DNA of 64,000 nt from Alphaproteobacteria bacterium (GTDB lineage Bacteria; Pseudomonadota; Alphaproteobacteria; UBA828), in assembly GCA_963667785.2 (NCBI GenBank), contig CAXXMU010000001.1, forward strand, positions 1,056,001 through 1,120,000, read 5' to 3'. This document shows positions 37,433 through 47,361 of the stretch, piece by piece. The position numbers were made by a program, and so were the translations under genes. The notes beneath the pieces were generated by a model that saw only the letters and a list, made by a program, of their open reading frames with translations, did no database searches and was not told the DNA's origin. Each line of letters begins with the position of its first letter. The stretch's first letter is position 1.

Positions 37433-38701
37433 TCAGTTGCCCACCGTGAGGTCGACCGCCCGGCCCATCACCGTGCGGCTCGCGGGCGTGGTGCTGGCCA
37501 CCAGCCTGCCGCGCTTGAAGACGTGGGTGCAGGCCGGGTTGATGCGCAGCACGTCGGCCTTGCTGGCGGCGTCGAATACCGCCAGGTCGGCCCGGCAGCC
37601 CGGCGCCACGCCGTAGTCCTCGAGCGCGAGGATCTCGGCGTTCTTCCAGGTGACCATGTCGAAGCAGGCGTCGATCTCCGCCGTGCCGGACATCTGGCAG
37701 ACGTGGAGCGCGAGCGATGCCGCCTGCACCATGTCGCCGCGCCCCAGCGGGTACCACGGGTCCATGATCGAATCATGGCCGATGCCGACGGTGATGCCGG
37801 CCTGCCACAGCTCCTTGACGCGGGTCATGGCGCGGCGCTTGGGGTAGGTGTCCTCGCGCCCCAGCAGGATCAGGTTGTCGAAGGGGTTGGCGATGATGTT
37901 GAGCGCGCCCTTCTGGAGCCAGCCGAAGAGGCGGAAGGCGTAGGCGTTGGCGTAGGAGTGCATCGCCGCGCAGTGGCTCGCCGTCACCCGCCCCTGCATG
38001 CCGCGGTAGTAGCTCTCGTGCGCCATCACCTCGGTGAAGCGCGAGTTGGGGTCGTCGACCTCGTCGCAGTGGACGTCGATCAGGAGGCCCCGCTTCTCGG
38101 CCTCGTCGAAGATCAGCTTCAGGCTGGCGACGCCCGCCTCCCGCGTCGCCTCGTTGTGGGGGATGCCGCCGATCACGTCGGGCCCCATGTCCAGCGCCCG
38201 GAGGAAGAGCTCGGGCCCGCCGGGGTGGGAGTGGATGCCGTCCTGCGGGAAGGCGACGATCTGCAGGTCCACCCGGTCGCTCACCTCGTCCTTGACCTCG
38301 AGCAGGGCCTGCATCGAGAGCTGCCCCTCGTCCGAGGTGTCGGCGTGGGTGCGGATGAAGCCCGCGCCCTGGGCGATCTCCCAGTCGATCGCCTCCCTGG
38401 CGCGTGCCTTGACCGATTCGAGGTCGCGGATCTCCTTCTGCCGGCCCCAGACGGCGATGCCCTCGTGCAGGGTGCCGCTGACGTTGACCTCCAGGTTCGC
38501 GGTGAGCACCGCGTCGAGATGGACGTGCGGGTCGATGAGCGGGCCCGAGACGAGGCGGCCGGCGCAGTCGATCACCTCGCCCGCCTCGGCCGTGATCCCC
38601 GGCTCGACCGCCGCGATGCGCTCGCCCTCGATGGCGATGTCGGCGGCGCGCACCGGCTGGTCCTCGTGCGCGACGAGGGCGTTCTTCAGAATGATGTCCA
38701 T
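37433..38701 (-). CDS. codA: Cytosine deaminase-like amidohydrolase
   Basis: DPHVHLD, AFPQDG, DVHCDE, ASHC and GHDSIMDPWYPLG motifs; start at MDIILKNA. Confidence 0.85.
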   Translation of the reverse strand: MDIILKNALVAHEDQPVRAADIAIEGERIAAVEPGITAEAGEVIDCAGRLVSGPLIDPHVHLDAVLTANLEVNVSGTLHEGIAVWGRQKEIRDLESVKARAREAIDWEIAQGAGFIRTHADTSDEGQLSMQALLEVKDEVSDRVDLQIVAFPQDGIHSHPGGPELFLRALDMGPDVIGGIPHNEATREAGVASLKLIFDEAEKRGLLIDVHCDEVDDPNSRFTEVMAHESYYRGMQGRVTASHCAAMHSYANAYAFRLFGWLQKGALNIIANPFDNLILLGREDTYPKRRAMTRVKELWQAGITVGIGHDSIMDPWYPLGRGDMVQAASLALHVCQMSGTAEIDACFDMVTWKNAEILALEDYGVAPGCRADLAVFDAASKADVLRINPACTHVFKRGRLVASTTPASRTVMGRAVDLTVGN

Positions 38702-38835
38702 ACCCGGCTGTCCCCCATGTGGGCACGCGGCCCGCGTCTCACAAGCGCCGCCATTTTCGCCCAAGGCGCGCCATACCGCCAGCCGCGCGCGATTAACCGC
38801 GACACGGAAACGGTCGACCTGCCCGTGTTTCGGCA

Positions 38836-38879
38836 TTGCCAGCATTTCTGACTGATCATATATTCAGATCACACAGAAA
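38836..38879 (+). promoter_or_regulatory. TA operon promoter with overlapping operator palindrome
   Basis: TTGCCA-N17-TATATT, overlapped by the inverted repeat TTTCTGacTGATC...GATCAcaCAGAAA. Confidence 0.7.
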
Positions 38880-38896
38880 CTTTGAGAATCGGACCG

Positions 38897-39121
38897 ATGG
38901 AACTCGCCAAGATCACGGCACGAGGCCAGACCACGATCCCCAAGAGCATCCGAGAGGCAGCCGGCCTGCAGGAGGGCGACGTGATCGCCTTCGAATTCGA
39001 GGGCGACCGATTGGTGGTGCACAAGGTGGTGCCGGGAAGGGACGAGTACTTGCATGGCTTGGGCGAGGTGATGGGCGAATGGCTCTCGCCCGAGGACGAG
39101 GACGCGTGGCGTGACCTTTGA
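38897..39121 (+). CDS. AbrB/MazE/SpoVT family antitoxin
   Basis: AKITARGQTTIPKSIREAAGLQEGD; EW.SPEDEDAW tail; overlaps the toxin start. Confidence 0.88.
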   Translation: MELAKITARGQTTIPKSIREAAGLQEGDVIAFEFEGDRLVVHKVVPGRDEYLHGLGEVMGEWLSPEDEDAWRDL

Positions 39122-39446
39122 GCCATTCGATGTCGTCGTAGTCCCCTTTCCGTTTACCGACCGGAGGGCAGCCAAGCGCAGGCCGGCCCTGATCGTCTCG
39201 TCCGCGCACTTCAACGAGGCTCACGAGCAGGCGATCCTCGCCATGATCACGACAACCGCCTTCGAATGGCCGAGCGACGTGGCGCTTCGAAGCTGGCAGG
39301 AGGCAGGTCTGAACGCTCCCTGCAAGGTCCGCTTCAAGCTCTTCACGCTCGATTGCACGCTGATCGTCCGCCGGCTCGGCGCGCTGACGAAACGGGATGG
39401 CGCAGCGGTGGGGGAAGCCCTGCGCCGCTCTCTGACGATCGATTGA
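39111..39446 (+). CDS. PemK/MazF family toxin
   Basis: DVVVVPFPFTD...KRRPALIVS...AMITT motif. Confidence 0.9.
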   Translation: MTFEPFDVVVVPFPFTDRRAAKRRPALIVSSAHFNEAHEQAILAMITTTAFEWPSDVALRSWQEAGLNAPCKVRFKLFTLDCTLIVRRLGALTKRDGAAVGEALRRSLTID

Positions 39447-39481
39447 TCGCTCGCGAGCCTCGCCAACCGCCGGCCCTGCGG

Positions 39482-40279
39482 TCAGCCGCGAGGCCGGGCG
39501 AGAGCCTCGCTCAGCGAACCGTGAAGGTGGCCGTTGCTGGCCAGCACGTCGCCGCTCGTCATCGAATCCGCCCCGCCGCCGACCTCGGTCACGATACCGC
39601 CGGCCTCGCGCACGATGACGATCCCGGCCGCGAGGTCCCAGGGCTCCATGCCGAATCCCCAGTATCCGTCGAGCCGTCCGGCCGCCACGTAGGCGAGGTC
39701 GAGCGCCGTCGAGCCCGTCCGACGGACACCTGCCGTCTCCCCGGCGAGGCGGCGCACCATGTCGGGATGGTCCGGATAGCGCGGCCGTGCGCTGAAGGGC
39801 AGCCCCGTCGCCAGCAGCGCCGGCGCCAGCGCGCGCCGGGCCGAGACGCGCATCCGCTGGTTGTTGAGGAAGGCGCCGGCGCCATTCTCCGCCCAGAACA
39901 GCTCGTCGCGGACCGCATCGTAGATCACGCCGGCGTAGGGCCTGCCGTCGCGCTCCAGCCCGATCGAGATTGCGAAGTGGGGGAGCCCGTGCAGGAAGTT
40001 GGTGGTGCCGTCCAGGGGATCGATGACCCAGCGGTTGGAGCTGTCCTCGCCCTCGATCGCGCCGCCCTCCTCGAGCAGGAAGCCGAAGCGCGGGCGGGCG
40101 CGGCGGAGCTCGGCGACGAGCGTCTTCTCCGCCCGGTGGTCGGCGGCCGAGACGAAGTCCGCCGGCCCCTTGCGCGAGACCTGCAGGTTCTCGACCTCGC
40201 CGAAGTCGTGGATCAGGTCGCGCGCCGCCTTGTAGGCGGCGTTGACCATCACCGTGATCAGCGGCGAGCGGCGGGACAT
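39482..40279 (-). CDS. suhB: Inositol monophosphatase
   Basis: DFGEVENLQVSRKGPADFVS, DPLDGTTNF and WDLAAG motifs. Confidence 0.93.
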   Translation of the reverse strand: MSRRSPLITVMVNAAYKAARDLIHDFGEVENLQVSRKGPADFVSAADHRAEKTLVAELRRARPRFGFLLEEGGAIEGEDSSNRWVIDPLDGTTNFLHGLPHFAISIGLERDGRPYAGVIYDAVRDELFWAENGAGAFLNNQRMRVSARRALAPALLATGLPFSARPRYPDHPDMVRRLAGETAGVRRTGSTALDLAYVAAGRLDGYWGFGMEPWDLAAGIVIVREAGGIVTEVGGGADSMTSGDVLASNGHLHGSLSEALARPRG

Positions 40280-40336
40280 GGGATGGGTTCGTGACGGGGT
40301 AGGGGAGGGCGGCAGCCCCGCCCGCGGGCCGCGCCG

Positions 40337-40903
40337 TCAGTCGCGGGCACGCTCGACATAGGTCGAATCGGCGGTGCTCACCACCACGCGCTCGCCTTCC
40401 GAGATGTGCGGCGGCACCATCAGGCGCACGCCATTATCGAGCAGTGCCGGCTTGTAAGAGGCCGCGGCCGTCTGGCCCTTCACCACCGGCTCGGTCTCGG
40501 TCACGGTCTGCACCGCCGTGTCCGGCAGCGTCACGCCGAGCGGCACGCCCTCATGGGATTCGATGGTGACGATCATGCCCTCGTGCAGGAAGACCATCCG
40601 CTCGCCGATCAGGTCGCGCGCGAGGCTGGTCTGCTCGTAGGTGTCCTGATCCATGAAGTGGAGCAGCTCGCCGTCTTCGTAGAGGTACTGGAAGCGCTTC
40701 TGGTCGAGGCGGGCGCGCTCGACGCTCTCCGACGCCCTGAACCGCTCGTTCAGCTTGGTCCCGTCGCGCAGGTCCTTGAGCTCGACCTGGAGGTAGGCGC
40801 CGCCCTTGCCAGGCTGGGTGTGCTGGATCTTCACCGCGACCCAGAGGCGATCCTGATGCTCGATCACCATGCCGGGGCGGATGGCGTTGCCGTTGATCTT
40901 CAT
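40337..40903 (-). CDS. efp: Elongation factor P
   Basis: PGKGGA loop; KGQTA...KPA motif. Confidence 0.97.
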   Translation of the reverse strand: MKINGNAIRPGMVIEHQDRLWVAVKIQHTQPGKGGAYLQVELKDLRDGTKLNERFRASESVERARLDQKRFQYLYEDGELLHFMDQDTYEQTSLARDLIGERMVFLHEGMIVTIESHEGVPLGVTLPDTAVQTVTETEPVVKGQTAAASYKPALLDNGVRLMVPPHISEGERVVVSTADSTYVERARD

Positions 40904-40944
40904 GGGGTCTGCCGCTACCCGCTGGCGAAGGGCAGCAGGCTATA

Positions 40945-41583
40945 TCAATTCGCCTCCGCGCTGGCAATGGCACGGTTGATCGCGTGCACGCCGGCCTCCG
41001 GCCCCTCCGGGTGCGACCAGACCCCGCCGATTACGGCGAGGAAATCGGCGCCGGCGGCCACCAGCGGCTGGCAGTTCTCGGCCGTGATGCCGCCGATGGC
41101 CACGCAAGGCACCACCATCAGCGTGTGCCACCACTTGATCAGGTGGATCTCTGACTGGGCGCGCGGCGTCTTGGTCCCGGTCGGGAAGAACGCGCCGAAG
41201 GCGATGTAGTCCGCGCCCGAGGCCGCCGCCTCCATGGCACGGTGGCGCGAATCGTAGCAGCTCACGCCCACCGTGGCGTCCGCGCCGACGCGCGCCCTGG
41301 CGTCCGCATAGTCCGCATCGTCGGCGCCCACATGGACGCCGTCGGCGCCGAGCTCGGCGGCGAGGTCGGGCCGGTCGTTGACGAGCAGCGGCACGTCGCG
41401 GCTCCGGCAGATCGGCAGCAGCCGCTCGCCCGCCCGGCGGATGTCGTCATCGTCCGCCCCCTTCAGCCGGAGCTGGAGGCAGGCGACGTCGCCCGCGTCG
41501 AGCGCCGCCTCGAGCCGGGGCGCGAAGCGATCGAGTTCGATCTCGGGCGGCGTGATCAGGTAGAGACGGCACGGCTCCCGCAT
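40945..41583 (-). CDS. thiE: Thiamine phosphate synthase
   Basis: LYLITP, QLRLK, VNDR, DGVHVG and AIGGI motifs. Confidence 0.93.
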   Translation of the reverse strand: MREPCRLYLITPPEIELDRFAPRLEAALDAGDVACLQLRLKGADDDDIRRAGERLLPICRSRDVPLLVNDRPDLAAELGADGVHVGADDADYADARARVGADATVGVSCYDSRHRAMEAAASGADYIAFGAFFPTGTKTPRAQSEIHLIKWWHTLMVVPCVAIGGITAENCQPLVAAGADFLAVIGGVWSHPEGPEAGVHAINRAIASAEAN

Positions 41584-42786
41584 TCAGATCACGCCCTTCC
41601 TGCGCAGGTCCTCGCGCTCGTCTGCCGAGAGGCCGAGGAGGGTGCCGTAGACCTCGTCGTTGTGGGCACCGAGGCGCGGGCCCAGGCTCTCGATCCGCCC
41701 CGGTGTCTCGGAGAGGGCGGGGAGCACGTTCGGCACGTGGACACGCTCGCCGCTCTCGGGCTCGACCACCTCCTTGAGGGTTCCGCGCTCGCGATAGTGC
41801 GGGTCCTCGAAGATGTCGGCGACGGAATAGACCGGCGCCGTCGGCACGCCGCCCGCATTGCAAGTCTCCACCACCCGCTCGCGCGGGAGCGAGAGGGTAA
41901 ACGCCGTGACCATGGCCTCGACCTCGTCGCGGTTCTCCACGCGGGCGGCGCTGGTGGCGAAGCGCGCATCCTCGCCGAGCTCGCCCCGGCCCAGCACCTC
42001 GGCCATGCGGCGCCACATCTTGTCGCTGGTGCACGCGATCGCGACCCAGCCGCCGTCGCCGCACTCGAAATGGCCGTGCGGGCAGACATTGCTGGTCATC
42101 AGCCCGAGCCGGGGCCGGACGAACCCGGTGGCGGCGTAGAGCGGCGCCATCTCGTCGAGCACCCGGAAGATCGATTCGTAGAGCGCGATGTCGATCACCT
42201 GGCCGCCCGTGTCCTCCCGGCTGCGCAGCGCGAGCAAGGCGCCCACCGCGCCGTAGAGGCCGGAGATGTAGTCGGCCAGCGAGGTGGAGCCCGGCGTCAG
42301 CGGCGGCCCGCCGGGGACGCCGGTGAGATGCGTGAGCCCGCCGAAGGCGTGCGCGATGCGGGCGAAGCCGGGGCGGTCCTTGTAGGGGCCGGACTGGCCA
42401 TAGCCCGAGATGCGCACCAGCACCAGGCCGGGGTTCGCGGCCTTCAGCGCGTCGGGCCCGAGCCCCCATTTCTCCAGCGTGCCGGGCCGGAAGTTCTCGC
42501 AGAGGATATCGGCCTCGGCCACCAGCCGCCTGAAGAGGGCCGCGCCCTCGGGCTGGCGCAGGTCGAGGGTGACGGACTTCTTGTTGCGCTGCTCGGAGAG
42601 CCAGGCGTAGCCATCGCCACGCGCGCTGGGCGAGCCGAACTTGCGCAGCGGATCGCCCAGCCCCGGCTGCTCGACCTTGATGACCTCGGCGCCGAACTCG
42701 CTGAGGATGGCGGCGGTGAAGGGTCCCGCGATGAAGGTCGCAAGGTCGATGACGCGGACACCCTGGAGCGGAAGCGGCGCTGACAT
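41584..42786 (-). CDS. CaiB/BaiF family (type III) CoA-transferase
   Basis: GAEVIKVE, RNKKSVTLDL, ENFRPG and ISGYGQSGP motifs. Confidence 0.93.
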   Translation of the reverse strand: MSAPLPLQGVRVIDLATFIAGPFTAAILSEFGAEVIKVEQPGLGDPLRKFGSPSARGDGYAWLSEQRNKKSVTLDLRQPEGAALFRRLVAEADILCENFRPGTLEKWGLGPDALKAANPGLVLVRISGYGQSGPYKDRPGFARIAHAFGGLTHLTGVPGGPPLTPGSTSLADYISGLYGAVGALLALRSREDTGGQVIDIALYESIFRVLDEMAPLYAATGFVRPRLGLMTSNVCPHGHFECGDGGWVAIACTSDKMWRRMAEVLGRGELGEDARFATSAARVENRDEVEAMVTAFTLSLPRERVVETCNAGGVPTAPVYSVADIFEDPHYRERGTLKEVVEPESGERVHVPNVLPALSETPGRIESLGPRLGAHNDEVYGTLLGLSADEREDLRRKGVI

Positions 42787-42870
42787 GGCGGCAGGAAGCG
42801 GCGTTTAGGCCCGCATGTCAATCGGGCGCATCTGGGCCAGACGGTGTGCGGCGAAGCGCCCGGCGCGCGC

Positions 42871-43596
42871 TCAGTACTCTTCCTTGTGGGTGCGCAGGTC
42901 GAGCTCCTGGGTCCAGGCGCTGCGCGGCTGGCGGTAGAGGAAGCGGTAGGAATCGGCGAGCCCGTCCAGGCCGATCAGCCCGTCTTCGCCGACCCGTTCC
43001 ACGAACTGGGGGGCGCGGGTCTTCAGCCGCTCGCCGCCGATGCCGCCGTCCACCACCACATGGGCCACGTGAATGCCCTGCGGGCCGAACTCGCGCGCGA
43101 GGCTCTGGCCCAGCGCGCGAAGCCCGGCCTTGGCGGCGGTGAAGGCGGCGAAGTTGGGCTTGCCGCGCATGGACGCGCTGGCGCCTGTGAGCAGCAGCGT
43201 GCCGGCGCCGCGCGGCACCATGCGGCGCAACGCCTCGCGGCAGAAGAGGAAGCCGCCGTAGCAGCCGATCCGCCAGCAGGTCTCGAAGTAGTCGGCCTCC
43301 ATCTCGATGACGTTGCCCGGCATGTTGTTGCCGGCGTTGAAGACGGCGAGGTCGATCGGCCCCTGCGTCTCCGCCGCCTCGACGAAGGCTGCGACCGAGG
43401 CTTCGTCGGTGGTGTCGGCGACGAGCGCCGTGGCCTGCCCGCCGGCCGCGCGGATTTCGTCGGAGACCGCTGCCACCTTGGCCTCGGTGCGGCCGCCCAC
43501 GAAGACGTGGAGCCCTTCGCTCGCCGCCATGCGGCACACCGCCGCGCCCAGCCCCTCGCTCGCGCCCACGCCGATCACGACCGCCGTCTTGCCCAT
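42871..43596 (-). CDS. Short-chain dehydrogenase/reductase
   Basis: GVGASEGLG, FNAG, TGASASMRG and FTAAK motifs. Confidence 0.9.
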   Translation of the reverse strand: MGKTAVVIGVGASEGLGAAVCRMAASEGLHVFVGGRTEAKVAAVSDEIRAAGGQATALVADTTDEASVAAFVEAAETQGPIDLAVFNAGNNMPGNVIEMEADYFETCWRIGCYGGFLFCREALRRMVPRGAGTLLLTGASASMRGKPNFAAFTAAKAGLRALGQSLAREFGPQGIHVAHVVVDGGIGGERLKTRAPQFVERVGEDGLIGLDGLADSYRFLYRQPRSAWTQELDLRTHKEEY

Positions 43597-43817
43597 GCCG
43601 CCCTCCCAGTCTGCTCCGCCCCGCATCCTGCCGGGCGGCGGGAGAGTACAGCCTTACCCGCGCGGGGCGGAACCCGATTCGGCGGGGCGGCGAGAGGGGC
43701 GGCCGGCCTTGTCGGCTCCGTCCCGCGTCGCCATGATGCGCCCCGCCGGAGCCGCCGGAGCCGCCGGACGGCGGGAGACCCATCCCCGCCATCGTCGTGC
43801 AGTGCCTAGGGGGAGCC

Positions 43818-44975
43818 ATGCGCGCCGACCTCGAGACCCTTCTGCCTGCCCTCAGGGAGCGGCGGGGCGAGACTCGCGAGAATCGCAAGGTCCTGCCCGA
43901 GATCAGGGAGATGATCCGTGACTCGGGCGCAGCTCGGCTGCTGCAGCCGGCAGCCTACGGCGGCGCCGGCGGGCCGCTGCGCGACATCGTGGGTGTGGCC
44001 TCGGAGATCGGCGCGGCCTGCGGCTCGACCGGCTGGGCGGTCGTCCAGTACGTCATTCATCCCTTCATGGTCGCCCAGTGGCCGCGCGAGACGCAGGACG
44101 AGGTCTGGGGCGACGACCCCAAGGGCCTCGTCGCCGGCATCCTGATCCAGAGCCTGGGCCGCTACGAGCGCGTGGACGGCGGCTATCGCGTGAGCGGCCG
44201 CTGGCCCTTCGTCACCGGCGTCGACACCTGCGACTGGTGCATCGTCTCCGGCTACGAGGAGGGCAGGGCCGGCGAGCACGAGAGTCACCTGCACTTCCTG
44301 CTCCGGCGGGACGAGATCGAGATCCTCGACACCTGGCATGCGCTCGGCCTGCGCGGCAGCGGCACCAACCACGTGCAGCTCCAGGAGTACTACGTGCCGG
44401 CGCGCCGGGCGCTCTCGATGGAGGCGCTGCGCGGCGGTGAATCGCCCGGCGGCCACTGGCGGGAGGCGCCGTTCTACCTGCTTCCCAGCTATCCGATCTT
44501 CGGGATCGGCATCACCAGCGGCGCGGTCGGCATCGCGCTCGAGATGGCGGCGGAATACAACGGGATCGCGCGCAAGAAGGGTTCGATCATGGCGGAGAAG
44601 AACGTCTCCGCCTTCGCCTCGCAGCACATCCGCTTCGCCGAATCCAGGGCTGCGGTCGATTGCGCGCGACAGCTTCTGCGCTTCGCGGCCGAGGAGATCA
44701 GCGCCATCGCCTGCGAGGAGGGCCGCGTGCCGAGCCTGGAGGAGCGCGCCCGCTGCCGCGCGCTCGCGACCTATGCCGGCAATATCGCGGTGGACGCCGC
44801 GCGCGCCATCTGGGACCTGTCCGGCGCGGCCAGCGTCTACAGCAACAGCGAGCTCGGCAACCTCTACACCGACATGCTGGTCGCCAACCAGCACTTCACC
44901 CAGAACAAGGACGTGAACTTCACGACCTACGGGCGGATGCTCTACGGGCTCGACATCGACAACCCGACGCTGTGA
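43818..44975 (+). CDS. Flavin-dependent monooxygenase oxygenase component, acyl-CoA dehydrogenase fold (HsaA/C2-like)
   Basis: CGSTGW, SGRWPFVTG and DTWHALGLRGSGT motifs. Confidence 0.85.
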   Translation: MRADLETLLPALRERRGETRENRKVLPEIREMIRDSGAARLLQPAAYGGAGGPLRDIVGVASEIGAACGSTGWAVVQYVIHPFMVAQWPRETQDEVWGDDPKGLVAGILIQSLGRYERVDGGYRVSGRWPFVTGVDTCDWCIVSGYEEGRAGEHESHLHFLLRRDEIEILDTWHALGLRGSGTNHVQLQEYYVPARRALSMEALRGGESPGGHWREAPFYLLPSYPIFGIGITSGAVGIALEMAAEYNGIARKKGSIMAEKNVSAFASQHIRFAESRAAVDCARQLLRFAAEEISAIACEEGRVPSLEERARCRALATYAGNIAVDAARAIWDLSGAASVYSNSELGNLYTDMLVANQHFTQNKDVNFTTYGRMLYGLDIDNPTL

Positions 44976-45460
44976 CGAGGGATCGCCCGCCCAACCGGGC
45001 GCGGGAGGCGGCGCGCTACTTCGACGACCTCGCGCCCGGCGAGCGCTTCGTCACAGGCGAGTGGACGCTCGGCGAGGCGGAGATCGTCGCCTTCGCGCGG
45101 GAATTCGACCCCCAGCCGATCCACGTCGATGCGGCGGGCGCGGCGGAGGGCCCCTACGGCGGCCTGATCGCCAGCGGCTTCCAGACCATGGCGCTGGGGT
45201 TTCGGCTCTTCTACGAGCTCGGCGTCATCAACGAGGCCTGCATCGGCGGGCCGGGGATCGACGCCGTGCGCTTCCACCGGCCGGCGCGGCCCGGCGATCG
45301 CATCCACGCCATCGCCACCGTCGCCGAGACCCGTCCCTCCCGCTCCCGGCCCGACCGCGGCTACGTGCGCATGGCCTACGACGTGCGCAATCAGCGCGAC
45401 GAGCCGGTGCTGAGCTACGAGATCGTCCACATCCTCATGCTTCGGCCGCCGGCGCCTTGA
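44972..45460 (+). CDS. MaoC family dehydratase
   Basis: YFDDL, FDPQPIH and LIASG motifs; GTG start overlaps the upstream stop. Confidence 0.88.
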   Translation: MTRDRPPNRAREAARYFDDLAPGERFVTGEWTLGEAEIVAFAREFDPQPIHVDAAGAAEGPYGGLIASGFQTMALGFRLFYELGVINEACIGGPGIDAVRFHRPARPGDRIHAIATVAETRPSRSRPDRGYVRMAYDVRNQRDEPVLSYEIVHILMLRPPAP

Positions 45461-45517
45461 CACGCCGGCGCCCCTGTGCGGCGATCACGCGGGCGGGAGA
45501 GAGAAGCGGAGCAGGCC

Positions 45518-46423
45518 ATGACCAGCCTCTATGACGGGCCGATCATCGACGCCCACCATCACCTCTGGGATCTGGCCTCCGGCCGCTATGCGTGGCTGAC
45601 GGACGGCCCGCGCGAGGTGGTGTTCGGCAGCACCGCGCCGCTCATCCGCGACTACCTGCTCGGCGACTACCTCGCCGACATGGCCGGCATCGGGCTGGTC
45701 AAGTCGGTCCACATCCAGGCGAGTTTCTTCGACGATCCGGTGGCCGAGACGCGCTGGCTCCAGGGCATCGCCGACGAGCACGGCTTCCCGCACGGGATCG
45801 TCGCCTACGCTCAGTTGGAAGAGCCGGGTGCCGAGGCGGTGCTGGAGGCCCACGCGGCGCACGCCAACATGCGCGGCATCCGCCAGATCCTGAGCTGGCA
45901 CGAGAACCCCGTCTGGAGCTTCACCGAGCGCGCCGACCTGATGCAGGACGCCGCGTGGCGGCGCGGCTTCGGCCTGCTGCAGAGGTTCGGCCTCTCCTTC
46001 GACATGATGATCTACTCCGGCCAACTGGGAGACGCGCTCGACCTGGCGCAGGCCTTCCCCGACACGCAGATCATCCTCAACCACACCGGCAGCCCGGCCG
46101 ACCGGGACGACGACGCCATCGCCACCTGGCGCAGCGGCATGAGCGCGCTGGCCGGCGCCGCCAACGTCGCGGTCAAGATCTCGGACCTCGGCGCCTACGA
46201 TCACGACTGGACGACCGAGAGCACGCGTCCCTTCATCCGCCATACCATCGACGCCTTCGGGCCGGAGCGCTGCATGTTCGCGAGCGACTTTCCCGTGGCC
46301 GGCATCCACGGCGGCGCGGACGCGATCTACGACTCGTTCAGGACCATCGTCGCCGACCTCGCGCCGGCCGAGCAGCGCGCCCTCTTCCACGACAACGCCG
46401 TCCGCTTCTACCGGCTGGATTGA
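45518..46423 (+). CDS. Amidohydrolase_2 family protein (sugar lactonase-like)
   Basis: IDAHHHLWD, NHTG, VKIS and FASDFP motifs. Confidence 0.88.
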   Translation: MTSLYDGPIIDAHHHLWDLASGRYAWLTDGPREVVFGSTAPLIRDYLLGDYLADMAGIGLVKSVHIQASFFDDPVAETRWLQGIADEHGFPHGIVAYAQLEEPGAEAVLEAHAAHANMRGIRQILSWHENPVWSFTERADLMQDAAWRRGFGLLQRFGLSFDMMIYSGQLGDALDLAQAFPDTQIILNHTGSPADRDDDAIATWRSGMSALAGAANVAVKISDLGAYDHDWTTESTRPFIRHTIDAFGPERCMFASDFPVAGIHGGADAIYDSFRTIVADLAPAEQRALFHDNAVRFYRLD

Positions 46424-47358
46424 GCGGCGCCTCCCAGCACCTCGTCCACGAAGGCGTCGAAGAGGGCGAAGACGCGCGCCCGCACCTCGTCGGTCTCCAT
46501 CAGCGGCTCGTGGCGCGACGCGGGAATCGTCTCCAGACGGCAGTCGGGCAGGCGGGCGGCAAGCCGGGCCTGGTCGGCGTTGGAGACGACCCGGTCGTCG
46601 GCCGCGCTGACGATCAGCACCGGCGTGGCGATCCGCTCGGGATAGCCCCGGCTGCGCAGGATCGCCACCGAGCGCCGGGTGGCGGCGAGCCAGCCCACCG
46701 TCGGCCAGGCGATGGCCAGCGGCGGGTTGTCGCGCAGCAGGGTCTCCATGCGCTCGTAGCGTGCGCGGTCGCTGGTCAGCGGGTTGCCGTCGAAGGGCGG
46801 CGGGAACGGCCTCTGCACCGGCACGTAGCGGTTCCTCAGGCCGACGCTCATCGCGGCGATGGTGAGCACCGCGCCCAAAGCCCGCCCGGCCGTGCTCATC
46901 ATGATGTTCACCATGGGGGCCGACAGCGCGATGCCGGCGGCGAAATAGGGCGCCCCGGAGGGGCCGTGCTCGGCACGGTGGCGGAGCACGATGTGGCCGC
47001 CCATGGAGTGGGCCAGCACCACGATCGGCCGGGGCGCGTCGGGGATTACCAGCCGCTCCAGGAAGAGGTCGAGGTCGCGCAGGTAGTCGTCGTAGCTGAC
47101 GACGTGACCCTTGCGCGACTCCTTCAGCACCCGGCCGGAGCGGCCCTGACCGCGCCAGTCCAGCGCGTAGACGGCGAAGCCGCGGGCGCTCAGGTCGGCC
47201 ACCGTCTCGCCGTACTTCTCGATGAACTCCGCCCGGCCCTGCAGCAGCACCACCGAGCCGCGCACGCGGCCCGGCGGCGCGGACCAGACGGCGGTGCGAA
47301 GCGGGAGGCCGTCGTGGGCGGCAAGCGTCGCTAGCTGCGGCGCAGGCCCGGGGTGCAC
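46408..47358 (-). CDS. Alpha/beta hydrolase, lysophospholipase L2 (PldB)-like
   Basis: GRAEFIEKY, DWRGQG, AHSMGG and HE motifs. Confidence 0.88.
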   Translation of the reverse strand: MHPGPAPQLATLAAHDGLPLRTAVWSAPPGRVRGSVVLLQGRAEFIEKYGETVADLSARGFAVYALDWRGQGRSGRVLKESRKGHVVSYDDYLRDLDLFLERLVIPDAPRPIVVLAHSMGGHIVLRHRAEHGPSGAPYFAAGIALSAPMVNIMMSTAGRALGAVLTIAAMSVGLRNRYVPVQRPFPPPFDGNPLTSDRARYERMETLLRDNPPLAIAWPTVGWLAATRRSVAILRSRGYPERIATPVLIVSAADDRVVSNADQARLAARLPDCRLETIPASRHEPLMETDEVRARVFALFDAFVDEVLGGAAQSSR

Positions 47359-47361
47359 GCC

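Noticed and set aside
35546-38851. 1101-aa plus-strand ORF
   Set aside because: Antisense shadow of the acyl-CoA dehydrogenase and deaminase genes; no motifs; typical of high-GC DNA
40945-41600. TPP riboswitch expected near thiE
   Set aside because: thiE directly abuts the upstream CoA-transferase stop, leaving no leader
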